Shown here one piece after another: positions 51,846 to 59,649 of a stretch of 64,000 bases of DNA. The translations under genes were made by a program, and so were the position numbers. Positions within the stretch are counted from its first letter, which is position 1, and the number at the start of each line of letters is the position of its first letter. This stretch comes from a virus: the IMG/VR virus record IMGVR_UViG_3300032893_000037, positions 600 through 64,599 of that record, one strand, 5' to 3'. The notes beneath the pieces were generated by a model. The model saw only the letters and a program-made list of their open reading frames with translations, ran no database searches and was not told the origin of the DNA.

Positions 51846-52264
51846 CTGCGTTTGGCCCTCTTCACCGCGGGCGCAATCACCGGCTTGTCACGCTTGCCGA
51901 GCCCGGATGCCTTCGCGAGTTCGGAGCGCGTCTTGGCGTAGTTCGGCGCAACAAGAGGATGGTCGAACGCCAACCCGAACCTAGCCCGGTATGCTTCCGG
52001 GGTAAGATCATGCTCGGAACGCAGATGCCGCTTCAGCATCGCGAGGCTCATGCCGCATTCCAGACACGTCACCGTGTCGGTGCCGATTGACTTCTTGATC
52101 GGCACCTTGGGGGCGGCGATGGCGGGCACCGGGTCCTTTCCGAGCCCTGATAGCGTATTGAAGGTCGAAGTAATGAACCCTGGCAGCTCTGCCATCAGCA
52201 GTTTGTTGTTCGCCAGATAGGCCGAAACAATGGCCGCTGTACTGGTCAAGATGTGTTCAGACAT
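51842..52264 (-). CDS. mucR: MucR/Ros-family regulator
   Basis: TAAIVSAYLANN...KKSIGTDTVTCLECGMSLAMLKRHL..EHDLTPEAYRARFGL...VAPNYA. Confidence 0.9.
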   Translation of the reverse strand: MSEHILTSTAAIVSAYLANNKLLMAELPGFITSTFNTLSGLGKDPVPAIAAPKVPIKKSIGTDTVTCLECGMSLAMLKRHLRSEHDLTPEAYRARFGLAFDHPLVAPNYAKTRSELAKASGLGKRDKPVIAPAVKRAKRS

Positions 52265-52337
52265 TGGTTGCCCCTTCGTCCCAAAGAAGTAACCCTTCTC
52301 CAATACAAGGGATTCGCGCCCCAAGTCTAGCGGGGGC

Positions 52338-52421
52338 TGGAGGGCCGTGCAGGAGTCGAACCTGTTGCGGGCGGATTAAAAGTCCGTTGCCGTACCTCAC
52401 TGGCTTTACGCTCACGGCCCT
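52338..52421 (-). tRNA. tRNA-Lys(TTT) with enlarged D region
   Basis: Loop CTTTTAA; 84 nt. Confidence 0.7.
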
Positions 52422-52551
52422 TCAAGGGGCGCGGCCAGCGTGTGTTGTCCGCAGCACACTGGGCGCACCGGAGGGCCTTCCATCCCCCCGGCAGCTCAAC
52501 ATCGGGTTTTTCGTTTCTGCATTGGATGCACAGCATGACACGTCGATGGAG

Positions 52552-52627
52552 TGGCGGGCCGGGTGAGATTCGAACTCACGACCTCCGGATTAAGAGTCCA
52601 GCCTTCTGACCTCTGAATTACCGGCCC
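52552..52627 (-). tRNA. tRNA-Lys(CTT)
   Basis: Loop CTCTTAA. Confidence 0.9.
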
Positions 52628-52632
52628 TGAAT

Positions 52633-52708
52633 TGGCGCACGCGGCAGGAATCGAACCCACGACCCTCGCATTCGTAGTGCGATGCTCTATCCGCTGAGCT
52701 ACGCGTGC
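52633..52708 (-). tRNA. tRNA-Arg(ACG)
   Basis: Loop CTACGAA. Confidence 0.9.
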
Positions 52709-52713
52709 AAAAC

Positions 52714-52790
52714 TGGTGTTCCCGATTGGATTTGAACCAACAACCTGCGCCTTCGGAGGGCGCTGCGCTAATCCGTTGCGCCACGGGAAC
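52714..52790 (-). tRNA. tRNA-Arg(CCG)
   Basis: Loop CTCCGAA. Confidence 0.9.
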
Positions 52791-52791
52791 A

Positions 52792-52866
52792 TGGCGCCCA
52801 CGACGGGAATCGAACCCGCCTCAACGGCGTGACAGGCCGGTATCGTCACCAGACGACAACGTGGGC
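52792..52866 (-). tRNA. tRNA-Asp(GTC)
   Basis: Loop CTGTCAC. Confidence 0.9.
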
Positions 52867-52872
52867 CTAAAC

Positions 52873-52947
52873 TGGTTGTGCGGGAGGGATTCGAACCCAC
52901 GATTAACACCTTATGAGGGTGCAGTTTTACCACTAAACTACCGCACG
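52873..52947 (-). tRNA. tRNA-Met(CAT), initiator-like C1xA72 mismatch
   Basis: Loop CTCATAA; acceptor CGTGCGG/CCGCACA. Confidence 0.8.
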
Positions 52948-53370
52948 CAATCTGGCTTGCTGACGCTTCACGGCACACGAGCGCGAGCAGGCGGGATCGG
53001 TTTTCCCATACGCCCGGCGCGCCGACAGCAAAAACCCTTTCCCGCACACACCGCAGATGAATTCATACATGGTCACCTTTCGGGTCCGAGCGTATTTCTC
53101 GTAGTTCTCCTGCCGTGACAGGATTTGAAAATTATCAATGCGATCATCCGTCTTGTCGTCGTTGAGGTGATCGACGGTTTCTTGTTTTCCCAGTTCCCGG
53201 CCCAAGTTAACTGCCATGATGTAGCGCGCGTATGAGATCGTCTTGCGCTTTTTGCCCGGCACGACCGGAACGAGGCACGCCATGCGCCGCCGCATTTTTC
53301 GGTGTGGCACAACATAGAGAACATAGTCGCCATACGGCGGCTCCGCTGGCCGTCCAATGCTATGCGCCAT
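52933..53370 (-). CDS. HNH homing endonuclease inside the tRNA cluster
   Basis: YARYIMAVNLGREL..QETVDHLNDDKTDDRIDNFQIL; C-terminal CGVC...CSRSC. Confidence 0.85.
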   Translation of the reverse strand: MAHSIGRPAEPPYGDYVLYVVPHRKMRRRMACLVPVVPGKKRKTISYARYIMAVNLGRELGKQETVDHLNDDKTDDRIDNFQILSRQENYEKYARTRKVTMYEFICGVCGKGFLLSARRAYGKTDPACSRSCAVKRQQARLRAVV

Positions 53371-53384
53371 CGCTCTCTCCTATT

Positions 53385-53458
53385 TAGTGCTCCTGTCAGG
53401 AATCGAACCTGCGTCGCGCGATTATCGGTCGCGGGCTTTACCATTAAGCTACAGGAGC
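53385..53458 (-). tRNA. tRNA-Ile(GAT) (C33; 3-prime end CTA)
   Basis: Loop CCGATAA. Confidence 0.8.
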
Positions 53459-53533
53459 TGGTCCCGCCGCCTGGGATCGAACCAGAGGTCTCCGCGTCCA
53501 CAGCGCGGCGCTCTACCATTGAGCTACGGCGGA
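53459..53533 (-). tRNA. tRNA-His(GTG), no G-1, A73
   Basis: Loop CTGTGGA. Confidence 0.9.
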
Positions 53534-53537
53534 GAAT

Positions 53538-53615
53538 TGGTCCGGGTGGAAGGATTTGAACCCTCGACCCCTCGCTCCCAAAGCGAGTGCTCTGCGCAGC
53601 CTGAGCTACACCCGG
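53538..53615 (-). tRNA. tRNA-Pro(TGG)
   Basis: Loop TTTGGGA. Confidence 0.9.
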
Positions 53616-53616
53616 A

Positions 53617-53693
53617 TGGTGCCCCGTGCGACGATTCGAACGCGCGACCCTCGCTGTGTAAAAGCGATACTCTTCCATCTGAGCTAACGGGGC
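53617..53693 (-). tRNA. tRNA-Val(TAC)
   Basis: Loop TTTACAC. Confidence 0.9.
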
Positions 53694-53702
53694 TTGAAGG
53701 GT

Positions 53703-53776
53703 TGGTAGCAGGGGCGGGAGTTGAACCCGCGGAGGTCGGCTTATGAGACCGACGTGAAGACCGCTTCTCCGCTGCT
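53703..53776 (-). tRNA. tRNA with CAT anticodon (Met elongator or Ile2)
   Basis: Loop CTCATAA. Confidence 0.75.
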
Positions 53777-53906
53777 GCGTCGAATCAGGCTGCGCGCGTC
53801 AGACGCGCGGCTTGGGCCGTCGGTGTATCGACGGCATTCGAATATCTCGTGGTTTGAGATGCCTGTTCATGTGCGCGATGTACAACAGCATCACAGCGGT
53901 TGCAAG

Positions 53907-53999
53907 TGGTGGAAGCGAGACGAGTCGAACGTCCAATGTTTGCCCTGTGGGAGCGGATTTACAGTCCGCCGCTACACCGCCGATGGTAGCCGCGCTTCC
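53907..53999 (-). tRNA. tRNA-Tyr(GTA)
   Basis: Loop CTGTAAA, long variable arm. Confidence 0.85.
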
Positions 54000-54007
54000 T
54001 TGAAGAT

Positions 54008-54089
54008 TGGTGCGCCCGGAGGGAGTCGAACCCACACCCCGAAGGACTGGTTCCTAAGACCAGCGCGGCTACCGTTTCGCCACGAGCGC
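54008..54089 (-). tRNA. tRNA-Leu(TAG)
   Basis: Loop CTTAGGA. Confidence 0.9.
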
Positions 54090-54092
54090 AGA

Positions 54093-54170
54093 TGGTGGGG
54101 AAGGTGAGATTCGAACTCACAAGAGAAGCGCGTTTTGAGCGCGCGGCGTCTACCGTTCCGCCACAACCCC
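54093..54170 (-). tRNA. tRNA-Leu(CAA), short variable arm
   Basis: Loop CTCAAAA. Confidence 0.85.
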
Positions 54171-54440
54171 ATGAGGGCGCGGCAGGACCGCGCCCTTCAG
54201 GCGAGTCGTAACAGTCGGTATCGGCGAAGCGAGTTCATGCCGGGCTTGTTGCACGGCGCCGGAGGAATGTCTATACGGAGCATCCGGGGTTTATTTCGGT
54301 TCTCCTAGGAACTGTCGCACCCCCGGACGGCGGGGCCGCTCAGGCGGCTCCGCCACCATCTACAAGGGCCGCGTCATGTACGCACGAACCACCCGAGCCC
54401 GAACGCGGGCGACACGATCAAGTAGCCTTTCCTGATTTTG

Positions 54441-54528
54441 GGAAGGGTGGGTGAGCGGCTGAAACCAGCGCACTGCTAACGCGCCGACCGTAACGGGTCC
54501 GCCAGTTCGAATCTGGCCCCTTCCGCCA
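54441..54528 (+). tRNA. tRNA-Ser(GCT)
   Basis: Loop CTGCTAA, long variable arm. Confidence 0.9.
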
Positions 54529-54532
54529 ATAC

Positions 54533-54622
54533 GGAGAGGTGGCTGAGTCCGGCTTAAGGCAGCGGTCCCGAAAACCGAAGAACCGAAGGGTTCCGTGGGT
54601 TCGAATCCCACCCTCTCCGCCA
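54533..54622 (+). tRNA. tRNA-Ser(CGA) (C33)
   Basis: Loop CCCGAAA, long variable arm. Confidence 0.85.
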
Positions 54623-54632
54623 ACATCAGACA

Positions 54633-54704
54633 GGGCCGGGCACTGGGGTGCAGGTGTGCCTTGCAAGCACGCTGGGGTGGGTTCGATTCCCACTCGGTCC
54701 ACCA
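54633..54704 (+). tRNA. tRNA-Ala(TGC)
   Basis: Loop CTTGCAA, G3:U70. Confidence 0.85.
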
Positions 54705-54705
54705 A

Positions 54706-54779
54706 GCCGGGTTAGCTCAGTGGCAGAGCTGCGGTTTCGTAAACCGTCGACGGGAGTTCGATTCTCCACCCCGGCACCA
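54706..54779 (+). tRNA. tRNA-Thr(CGT)
   Basis: Loop TTCGTAA. Confidence 0.9.
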
Positions 54780-54802
54780 TTTCATGTACACTTCGATTCA
54801 GT

Positions 54803-54878
54803 GCCGGGGTAGCTCAGCAGGTAGAGCAGCGGTTTTGTAAACCGATGGTCGCGGGTTCGATTCCTGTCTCCGGCACCA
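54803..54878 (+). tRNA. tRNA-Thr(TGT)
   Basis: Loop TTTGTAA. Confidence 0.9.
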
Positions 54879-54894
54879 TCTACATCATGGGGCG

Positions 54895-55224
54895 ATGATG
54901 CGTTCGATGGGCGATCCAAACTATGTCTATACGCCGTGGTCGAAAGAGCGACGCCAGCGAGTGCAAGCCGCGCTGCTACGCAATCACGGCACGCCCAAGG
55001 GCCATCACAAGCTCTGGGGCGTCAATGTGCCCGACAAGCTGGTGAAGCAGGTGAGCGCTATCGTCTCCGTCGCACGCTCGCGCACCGACGACATGGAAGC
55101 GTTAGAGCTGCTGATCAAGGTGCTGATCCGGGTCCAGCCGTTGCTGGAGGAAGAGGCGAGGGACAAGCTGTTGCTCGCCCTCGCCCTCACAAAGCTTCCA
55201 AGGCGGAGGAAGCCTCGCGATTAG
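54895..55224 (+). CDS. Hypothetical protein
   Basis: ORF after tRNA-Thr; start uncertain. Confidence 0.45.
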   Translation: MMRSMGDPNYVYTPWSKERRQRVQAALLRNHGTPKGHHKLWGVNVPDKLVKQVSAIVSVARSRTDDMEALELLIKVLIRVQPLLEEEARDKLLLALALTKLPRRRKPRD

Positions 55225-55694
55225 AACTGCGCGATGGTGACGACAGTCATCTTGAGATCGCGCACACGGGCGGGCTCAAGAAACTCTTCCTTGTCCTTGA
55301 CCTTTTTGTTGCGCGTGGCCGTGCGTACGGCGTTGTGCTTCTCCAGCATCGACTTCACGTCGATGTCGAAGAAGAGTTCGTTGTCTTCCAGGTCCGTGAC
55401 CTTCTGATCGCCCTTGTGCAAAATACGCTGCTCAAGCGGCAGATTCTCGTCGGTATCGGCGATGAAGACTTGGACAAGGCGTGTCTTGGAAGGCGTAGGT
55501 GTTGCGGCTGGCACTGGTGCGGCTCCTGCTGTTTCGGCGATGGCGGCTAATAGATGCTCATCGCGCATCTGGTTGATGTCACGGTTACGAAACGGCGATG
55601 CCGACGATGACGCCGCGTAGAAGGCGGACGGGCTGTAGGACGTGTTGAGAGCCCCCAGCGAGTTCGAAAGCATCGTCGGCATCTCGGTGCTCAT
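55221..55694 (-). CDS. Hypothetical phage protein
   Basis: RLVQVFIADTDENLPLE...LEPARVRDLKMTVVTIAQF. Confidence 0.65.
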   Translation of the reverse strand: MSTEMPTMLSNSLGALNTSYSPSAFYAASSSASPFRNRDINQMRDEHLLAAIAETAGAAPVPAATPTPSKTRLVQVFIADTDENLPLEQRILHKGDQKVTDLEDNELFFDIDVKSMLEKHNAVRTATRNKKVKDKEEFLEPARVRDLKMTVVTIAQF

Positions 55695-56056
55695 TGCACT
55701 ACCACCTTCGCCGCCTGCTCCATCATCGTGACGATCTCGTCGGCGGTGCGCTCCGGGGCGTTGTTCCACAGGCAGATGGAATTGCCTTCAGGAACCCCCA
55801 GCCGTGTCGCGATCATCCGCTCAGCTTCGTGAAATGTTGAAAGAGAATGCTCGCTATCTGGCCCCATCCACGCATTGCCAGTCATTGCCTTATAGAGCGC
55901 GCCGTAGATACATAGCCCGCCCCGTTCGTCTTCCATGGTTCCCTTGGCAGTGCCGTACTTCCGGATCAGGCCCGCCGCCTTCATCACCAGCTCGCCGCCC
56001 GGCGTCAGCTTGATCGGCACATCGAGGTGTTCTTCAATCCTCTCCTTCAGGTACAT
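55691..56056 (-). CDS. DUF6197-like hypothetical protein
   Basis: AAGLIRKYG...LCIYGAL...ICLWNNAPERTADEIVTMM. Confidence 0.6.
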   Translation of the reverse strand: MYLKERIEEHLDVPIKLTPGGELVMKAAGLIRKYGTAKGTMEDERGGLCIYGALYKAMTGNAWMGPDSEHSLSTFHEAERMIATRLGVPEGNSICLWNNAPERTADEIVTMMEQAAKVVVQ

Positions 56057-56069
56057 GACGGTTCTCCTT

Positions 56070-56588
56070 TTATGCCATCCGAGCCATGCGGAACGGACCA
56101 CCCGGCGCAGGCTTCTCGGATTTCTCTGGTTTCTTCGGCAGCGTCGCAGTAATGCCCTCGCCCACACGCTCCAAGCGTTCGCTGCCGTACAGCAGCGCCT
56201 CAGGCAGCTCACCATCCTTGTTGAGCGGCGGCTGCACATCGTAATAAACGCACCCGTTCAGGAAGATCGCGCGGGCAAGCACGATGCCGACAAGGCCAGA
56301 CGCCCGGTCCTTCGCCTGCGACCCCAGCTCCAAGTTTGCGAAGTCTGTCGGCTTCTGCGCCGAAGCTGACACACCAGCCCCGACGTACTTCAGCATGTGT
56401 CCATCGAAGCCGCGCGGCTTCGGCGTGTCGGTTGCGCCCTTCTTCATTGGTGGCTGCAACGTGTACTGCGTGTTGCCGTTCATGTGTTCGAACCGGCAGG
56501 CCACGATGCCGCGAAATCCCGACACCAAATCCTGGGCCTCACATCCCAGTACGATCTCTTTCTTTGCTGCTGCACGCTTCGTCGCCAT
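56070..56588 (-). CDS. Hypothetical protein with internal domain duplication
   Basis: GFRGIVACRFEHMNGNTQYTLQPP / GLVGIVLARAIFLNGCVYYDVQPP. Confidence 0.65.
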   Translation of the reverse strand: MATKRAAAKKEIVLGCEAQDLVSGFRGIVACRFEHMNGNTQYTLQPPMKKGATDTPKPRGFDGHMLKYVGAGVSASAQKPTDFANLELGSQAKDRASGLVGIVLARAIFLNGCVYYDVQPPLNKDGELPEALLYGSERLERVGEGITATLPKKPEKSEKPAPGGPFRMARMA

Positions 56589-56783
56589 GGCGTCCCTCCG
56601 TTGGCGGTTGAATGTAATGGCCTCCCAATAGCAGCCGCCGTCCTGAGATCGCCCCGCGAACCGGGCACCTGTCGCATCTCTGCGCCAGTCAGACGTATGG
56701 CGGTTTCTCCACGATCTTTGCCCTTGTCACCTGTCAGCCCTGAAATCCTGAACGCTAACCGTTGACCTTTGAACTTTAATTCG

Positions 56784-56859
56784 CTTGCGCGATCACGGGA
56801 TTCGAACCCGCGGCCTATCGATTATCATTCGATTGCTCTACCAGCTGAGCTAGATCAAG
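56784..56859 (-). pseudogene. Degenerate tRNA-Ile(GAT)
   Basis: Good D and T arms, loop ATGATAA, broken acceptor stem, no CCA. Confidence 0.65.
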
Positions 56860-56920
56860 TCCTGTCGAAGGACGTTCGTTGTCCGCTATTTTCTCACTTC
56901 GCTACCGAAGGCCGAAGCTC

Positions 56921-57463
56921 TTACACCTCCACAATCTGCGTGGTGGCGTTCTTCAGCGAAAGCTGACCGTCGAGCTGGCCCTCGATGTTGACCAGCATCT
57001 CGATGTCCTTCGCCAAATCCTGCTCGTTGATGTTGATGATCACGTCGGACGGCGTGACTGCCTGCTGCCCCTGCGTGACCAAGTTCTGCCCAGAGCGTTT
57101 CGCTTGATCGCGCGTGGCGCTGAGTTTCTGCCGAATCTCGTTCAGGTAGTCCTTACGCGTCGGCAACACGTCGCGCCGCCACACCAGCCAGTCGGCAATC
57201 GACATCTCGATGCCCTCCAGCGTGACCATCGTCGCGTCATTGGCCTTTTGGATGCCGCGCCGCAGCGCGACAAGCCGCTGCTCCAAGTCATCAATCGCCT
57301 GCCGCTCGCGGCGCAAGGCTTCGAACGAGCCGCCGTCACCGTGTAGCGGGTCCTTGAACCCATCTGCGCGCGCAATGTAGGTCAGCACGAAGTTCTTCTT
57401 CGTGGTAATGCGCTTGCTGATGGTTTTGATCTCCGCCAGCGCTTCCGTAATGGTCAGTGACAT
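56921..57463 (-). CDS. Coiled-coil hypothetical protein
   Basis: MSLTITEALAEIKTISKRI...QLDGQLSLKNATTQIVEV. Confidence 0.7.
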   Translation of the reverse strand: MSLTITEALAEIKTISKRITTKKNFVLTYIARADGFKDPLHGDGGSFEALRRERQAIDDLEQRLVALRRGIQKANDATMVTLEGIEMSIADWLVWRRDVLPTRKDYLNEIRQKLSATRDQAKRSGQNLVTQGQQAVTPSDVIININEQDLAKDIEMLVNIEGQLDGQLSLKNATTQIVEV

Positions 57464-57499
57464 GCGTCTCGCCCTTCGTTGGGGCGCGACTCAAACACC

Positions 57500-57518
57500 A
57501 TGTACACGGCCAGCACAA
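57500..57518 (-). promoter_or_regulatory. GTGC-N7-GTAC motif
   Basis: Minus strand TTGTGCTGGCCGTGTACAT; 17 nt identical to the TIGR promoter copy. Confidence 0.6.
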
Positions 57519-57544
57519 GCGTCTTGTGCTGGAATATGCACAGG

Positions 57545-57940
57545 TCAGGAGCGGCGACGGACGATCCAGCGCAGCAGTTCGACCAGCAGCTTGCGCAGCT
57601 CGATGGGGCGGACGCGCTCCCACTGGGTCAGCATTTCCACCGTGTAGGGGCTTTGCAGGATATCGGTGTAAAAGTTTGGCTCAGTCTTGCCGCCGTTGTC
57701 AGGCAGTAAAGGGCCGACCATCCCAAGCACAGTGATGTCCAGCGCCTTGCATATCTGAAGCAATCGCGCCCATGTCACGCGGTCTCTGCCCAGCTCATAT
57801 TTCGAGTATTGCGGCAGCGAAATGTTCAGGACCGCCGCCATCTCTTCCTGCGTCTTGCCGGAGAGCTGCCGCAATGCCCTGATTCGGTGGGCCAATTCCA
57901 AATCTTCTGGCTGTGGTCGTCGGAAGGGCGATTCTGCCAT
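57545..57940 (-). CDS. XRE HTH regulator
   Basis: RIRALRQLSGKTQEEMAAVLNISLPQYSKYELG. Confidence 0.85.
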   Translation of the reverse strand: MAESPFRRPQPEDLELAHRIRALRQLSGKTQEEMAAVLNISLPQYSKYELGRDRVTWARLLQICKALDITVLGMVGPLLPDNGGKTEPNFYTDILQSPYTVEMLTQWERVRPIELRKLLVELLRWIVRRRS

Positions 57941-57964
57941 GGAACAAAATTACAAGCTCCGGGC

Positions 57965-58001
57965 AAAAAGAAAAGCCGCCGCCCCCGGAGGGACGGCGGC
58001 T
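57965..58001 (-). terminator. Intrinsic terminator after lysis genes
   Basis: GCCGCCG/CGGCGGC stem followed by TTTTCTTTTT. Confidence 0.7.
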
Positions 58002-58062
58002 CGCTCTTGTGGTGCGCCCTTGAGCTGAGGGGCTTAGGCGCTCCTTATATATAGCGGCATAT

Positions 58063-58407
58063 TCACCACTTGAGAAGCTTGGTCGCGAGGTAGCCCACCA
58101 GCGGGATCAGCAGGCCATACCCGCCGACCGCCAAAAACCAGAAGCGGTTGAAGACGCTCTTGAACGCATCGGCGTCCTGATCTGCATGTTCAGCGAGCGC
58201 TTCCTTGATCTCGCGGATGCCCTCCGCATTCGTTCGCTTGATCTCGTCCACGGATGCACTCATGCGTACCATGAATTCCTCCATGCGCTTGCGGACTTGT
58301 TCACATACCTGCTCGTGTGCGGTGATCCGGGCGTCATTCTCCGACGCGCGGTCCCGCGCTTGTTGATCGATTGTTTCGGTCACTGGTTTTTTTGTGATGC
58401 GCGGCAT
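58063..58407 (-). CDS. Coiled-coil protein with C-terminal TM (lysis module)
   Basis: C-terminal FWFLAVGGYGLLIPLVGYLA. Confidence 0.6.
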   Translation of the reverse strand: MPRITKKPVTETIDQQARDRASENDARITAHEQVCEQVRKRMEEFMVRMSASVDEIKRTNAEGIREIKEALAEHADQDADAFKSVFNRFWFLAVGGYGLLIPLVGYLATKLLKW

Positions 58408-58598
58408 TGCGAACGTAACGAGATGTAGTCGTGAATCCACCGCACCGTCTCTGGTGGGTTTCCCGCATCGATCAGTTCCTGGCGGACAACGGACTGCTCC
58501 AGATCGCTGTAGGCGATGATCTGGGGGCAGTTAATGGGAGGCGCTGTTGCGCACGCCGATACCATCGCTGCGAACACCAAGACTGCTATACGCTTCAC
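58380..58598 (-). CDS. o-spanin-like lipoprotein
   Basis: GTG start; MKRIAVLVFAAMVSAC lipobox; in lysis cassette. Confidence 0.65.
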   Translation of the reverse strand: MKRIAVLVFAAMVSACATAPPINCPQIIAYSDLEQSVVRQELIDAGNPPETVRWIHDYISLRSQCRASQKNQ

Positions 58599-58897
58599 GC
58601 GTTGCCCTGTCCTAAGTCCTTCAGCACTTGCGCGGTCATCGCGCTTTGGACCGTCGCCGCTTGCACCTGCTTGTCCACGCCGACGACATCGAGGTGATCG
58701 AACACCGCGGACCCGACTGCAATGATCAAGCCAGCAACCGCCGCTGCTATACTGGCCGCATCGGTCAACGAGACACCTTGCTTGACAAGGTAGCCCGATA
58801 CGGCGCCGCCAGCAGCAGCACCGGCCCAACGCAGATACGAAAGGACGTGTGCCCGCAGCACGCCGTCCGGGATCAACATACGCACGAGATTGACCAT
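58595..58897 (-). CDS. Holin-like membrane protein
   Basis: Two TM segments, next to cell-wall hydrolase. Confidence 0.6.
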   Translation of the reverse strand: MVNLVRMLIPDGVLRAHVLSYLRWAGAAAGGAVSGYLVKQGVSLTDAASIAAAVAGLIIAVGSAVFDHLDVVGVDKQVQAATVQSAMTAQVLKDLGQGNA

Positions 58898-58899
58898 GG

Positions 58900-59241
58900 T
58901 TAGAGTGCCGCTATCAGTGCTGCGATGAGCTTTTCCAGCGCCGCATTCTCGATGTCCTTGAGCAGCGTCGGCGCCTGACCGGATGCGGAATTCAGGATCG
59001 CGGTCGCAGCCTGCTCAATGGTCATCGACCCGCTGGTGAGGTCTTTCACGAACGCCTCCAGCTCACTGGAGACAAACGAGACCGCTTCGGCGGAGAATGT
59101 GGAGAGCAGCGACTGAAGCGTTCCGAACAGCGCGCCGATCTCCGCGGCGCCGAATTGCTCAACCTCGCCCCAAGTGTGTTCGATCCACGCGACAAACTCT
59201 GCCCATGTCGTCGGCGCTGGGGCCGACCCGGCTGCACTCAT
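58900..59241 (-). CDS. Hypothetical protein (lysis module)
   Basis: SD aggaga. Confidence 0.6.
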   Translation of the reverse strand: MSAAGSAPAPTTWAEFVAWIEHTWGEVEQFGAAEIGALFGTLQSLLSTFSAEAVSFVSSELEAFVKDLTSGSMTIEQAATAILNSASGQAPTLLKDIENAALEKLIAALIAAL

Positions 59242-59250
59242 ACCGATCTC

Positions 59251-59649
59251 CTATTTCACATTCTTGTAGAAGCGCTGGTTGCCGAACTGCCCGCAGAAGG
59301 TTGCGCCAATGACCCAAGCCGGGGCGGCTTTCATGCTGGTGGCGTAGTAGTGCGTCGCCCCATCTGTCGGGTCCGGCTCCGACGCTGCGGCGATGACGAT
59401 CTCCAGCAGGTTCTGTAAATTCACGTCGGTGTCCGCAAGCTCGCACGCGCCGTCGTAGTTCGGGTCGATGGGGCTCCATCCGGAAAACTGAGCCCGCCAC
59501 AAGCAGACGCTGGCGAGGGTTTCCCCCCATCGACCCGAACGCACGCGGTTCCAGAGCACATGGGCTACTGCGCGCTGGCCCTCTTTCGGCTCGCCACGCG
59601 CTTCTTGCCAAAGCGTGCGCGCTGCCGTGAGTTCATTCCAAGTGCTCAA
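59251..59649 (-). CDS. SleB/Hydrolase_2-family cell wall hydrolase (endolysin)
   Basis: ARTLWQEARGEPKEGQRAVAHVLWNR...QFSGW...DPTDGATHYY. Confidence 0.9.
   Translation of the reverse strand: MSTWNELTAARTLWQEARGEPKEGQRAVAHVLWNRVRSGRWGETLASVCLWRAQFSGWSPIDPNYDGACELADTDVNLQNLLEIVIAAASEPDPTDGATHYYATSMKAAPAWVIGATFCGQFGNQRFYKNVK

Noticed and set aside
54171-54440. Complete tmRNA gene
   Set aside because: No tag reading frame ending in Ala-Ala-stop and too short; only the CCA hairpin is kept as a finding.
50727-54840. ORF-track proteins overlapping the tRNA cluster
   Set aside because: They are read-throughs of tRNA sequences; only mucR, the HNH gene and the basic 60-aa ORF look real.
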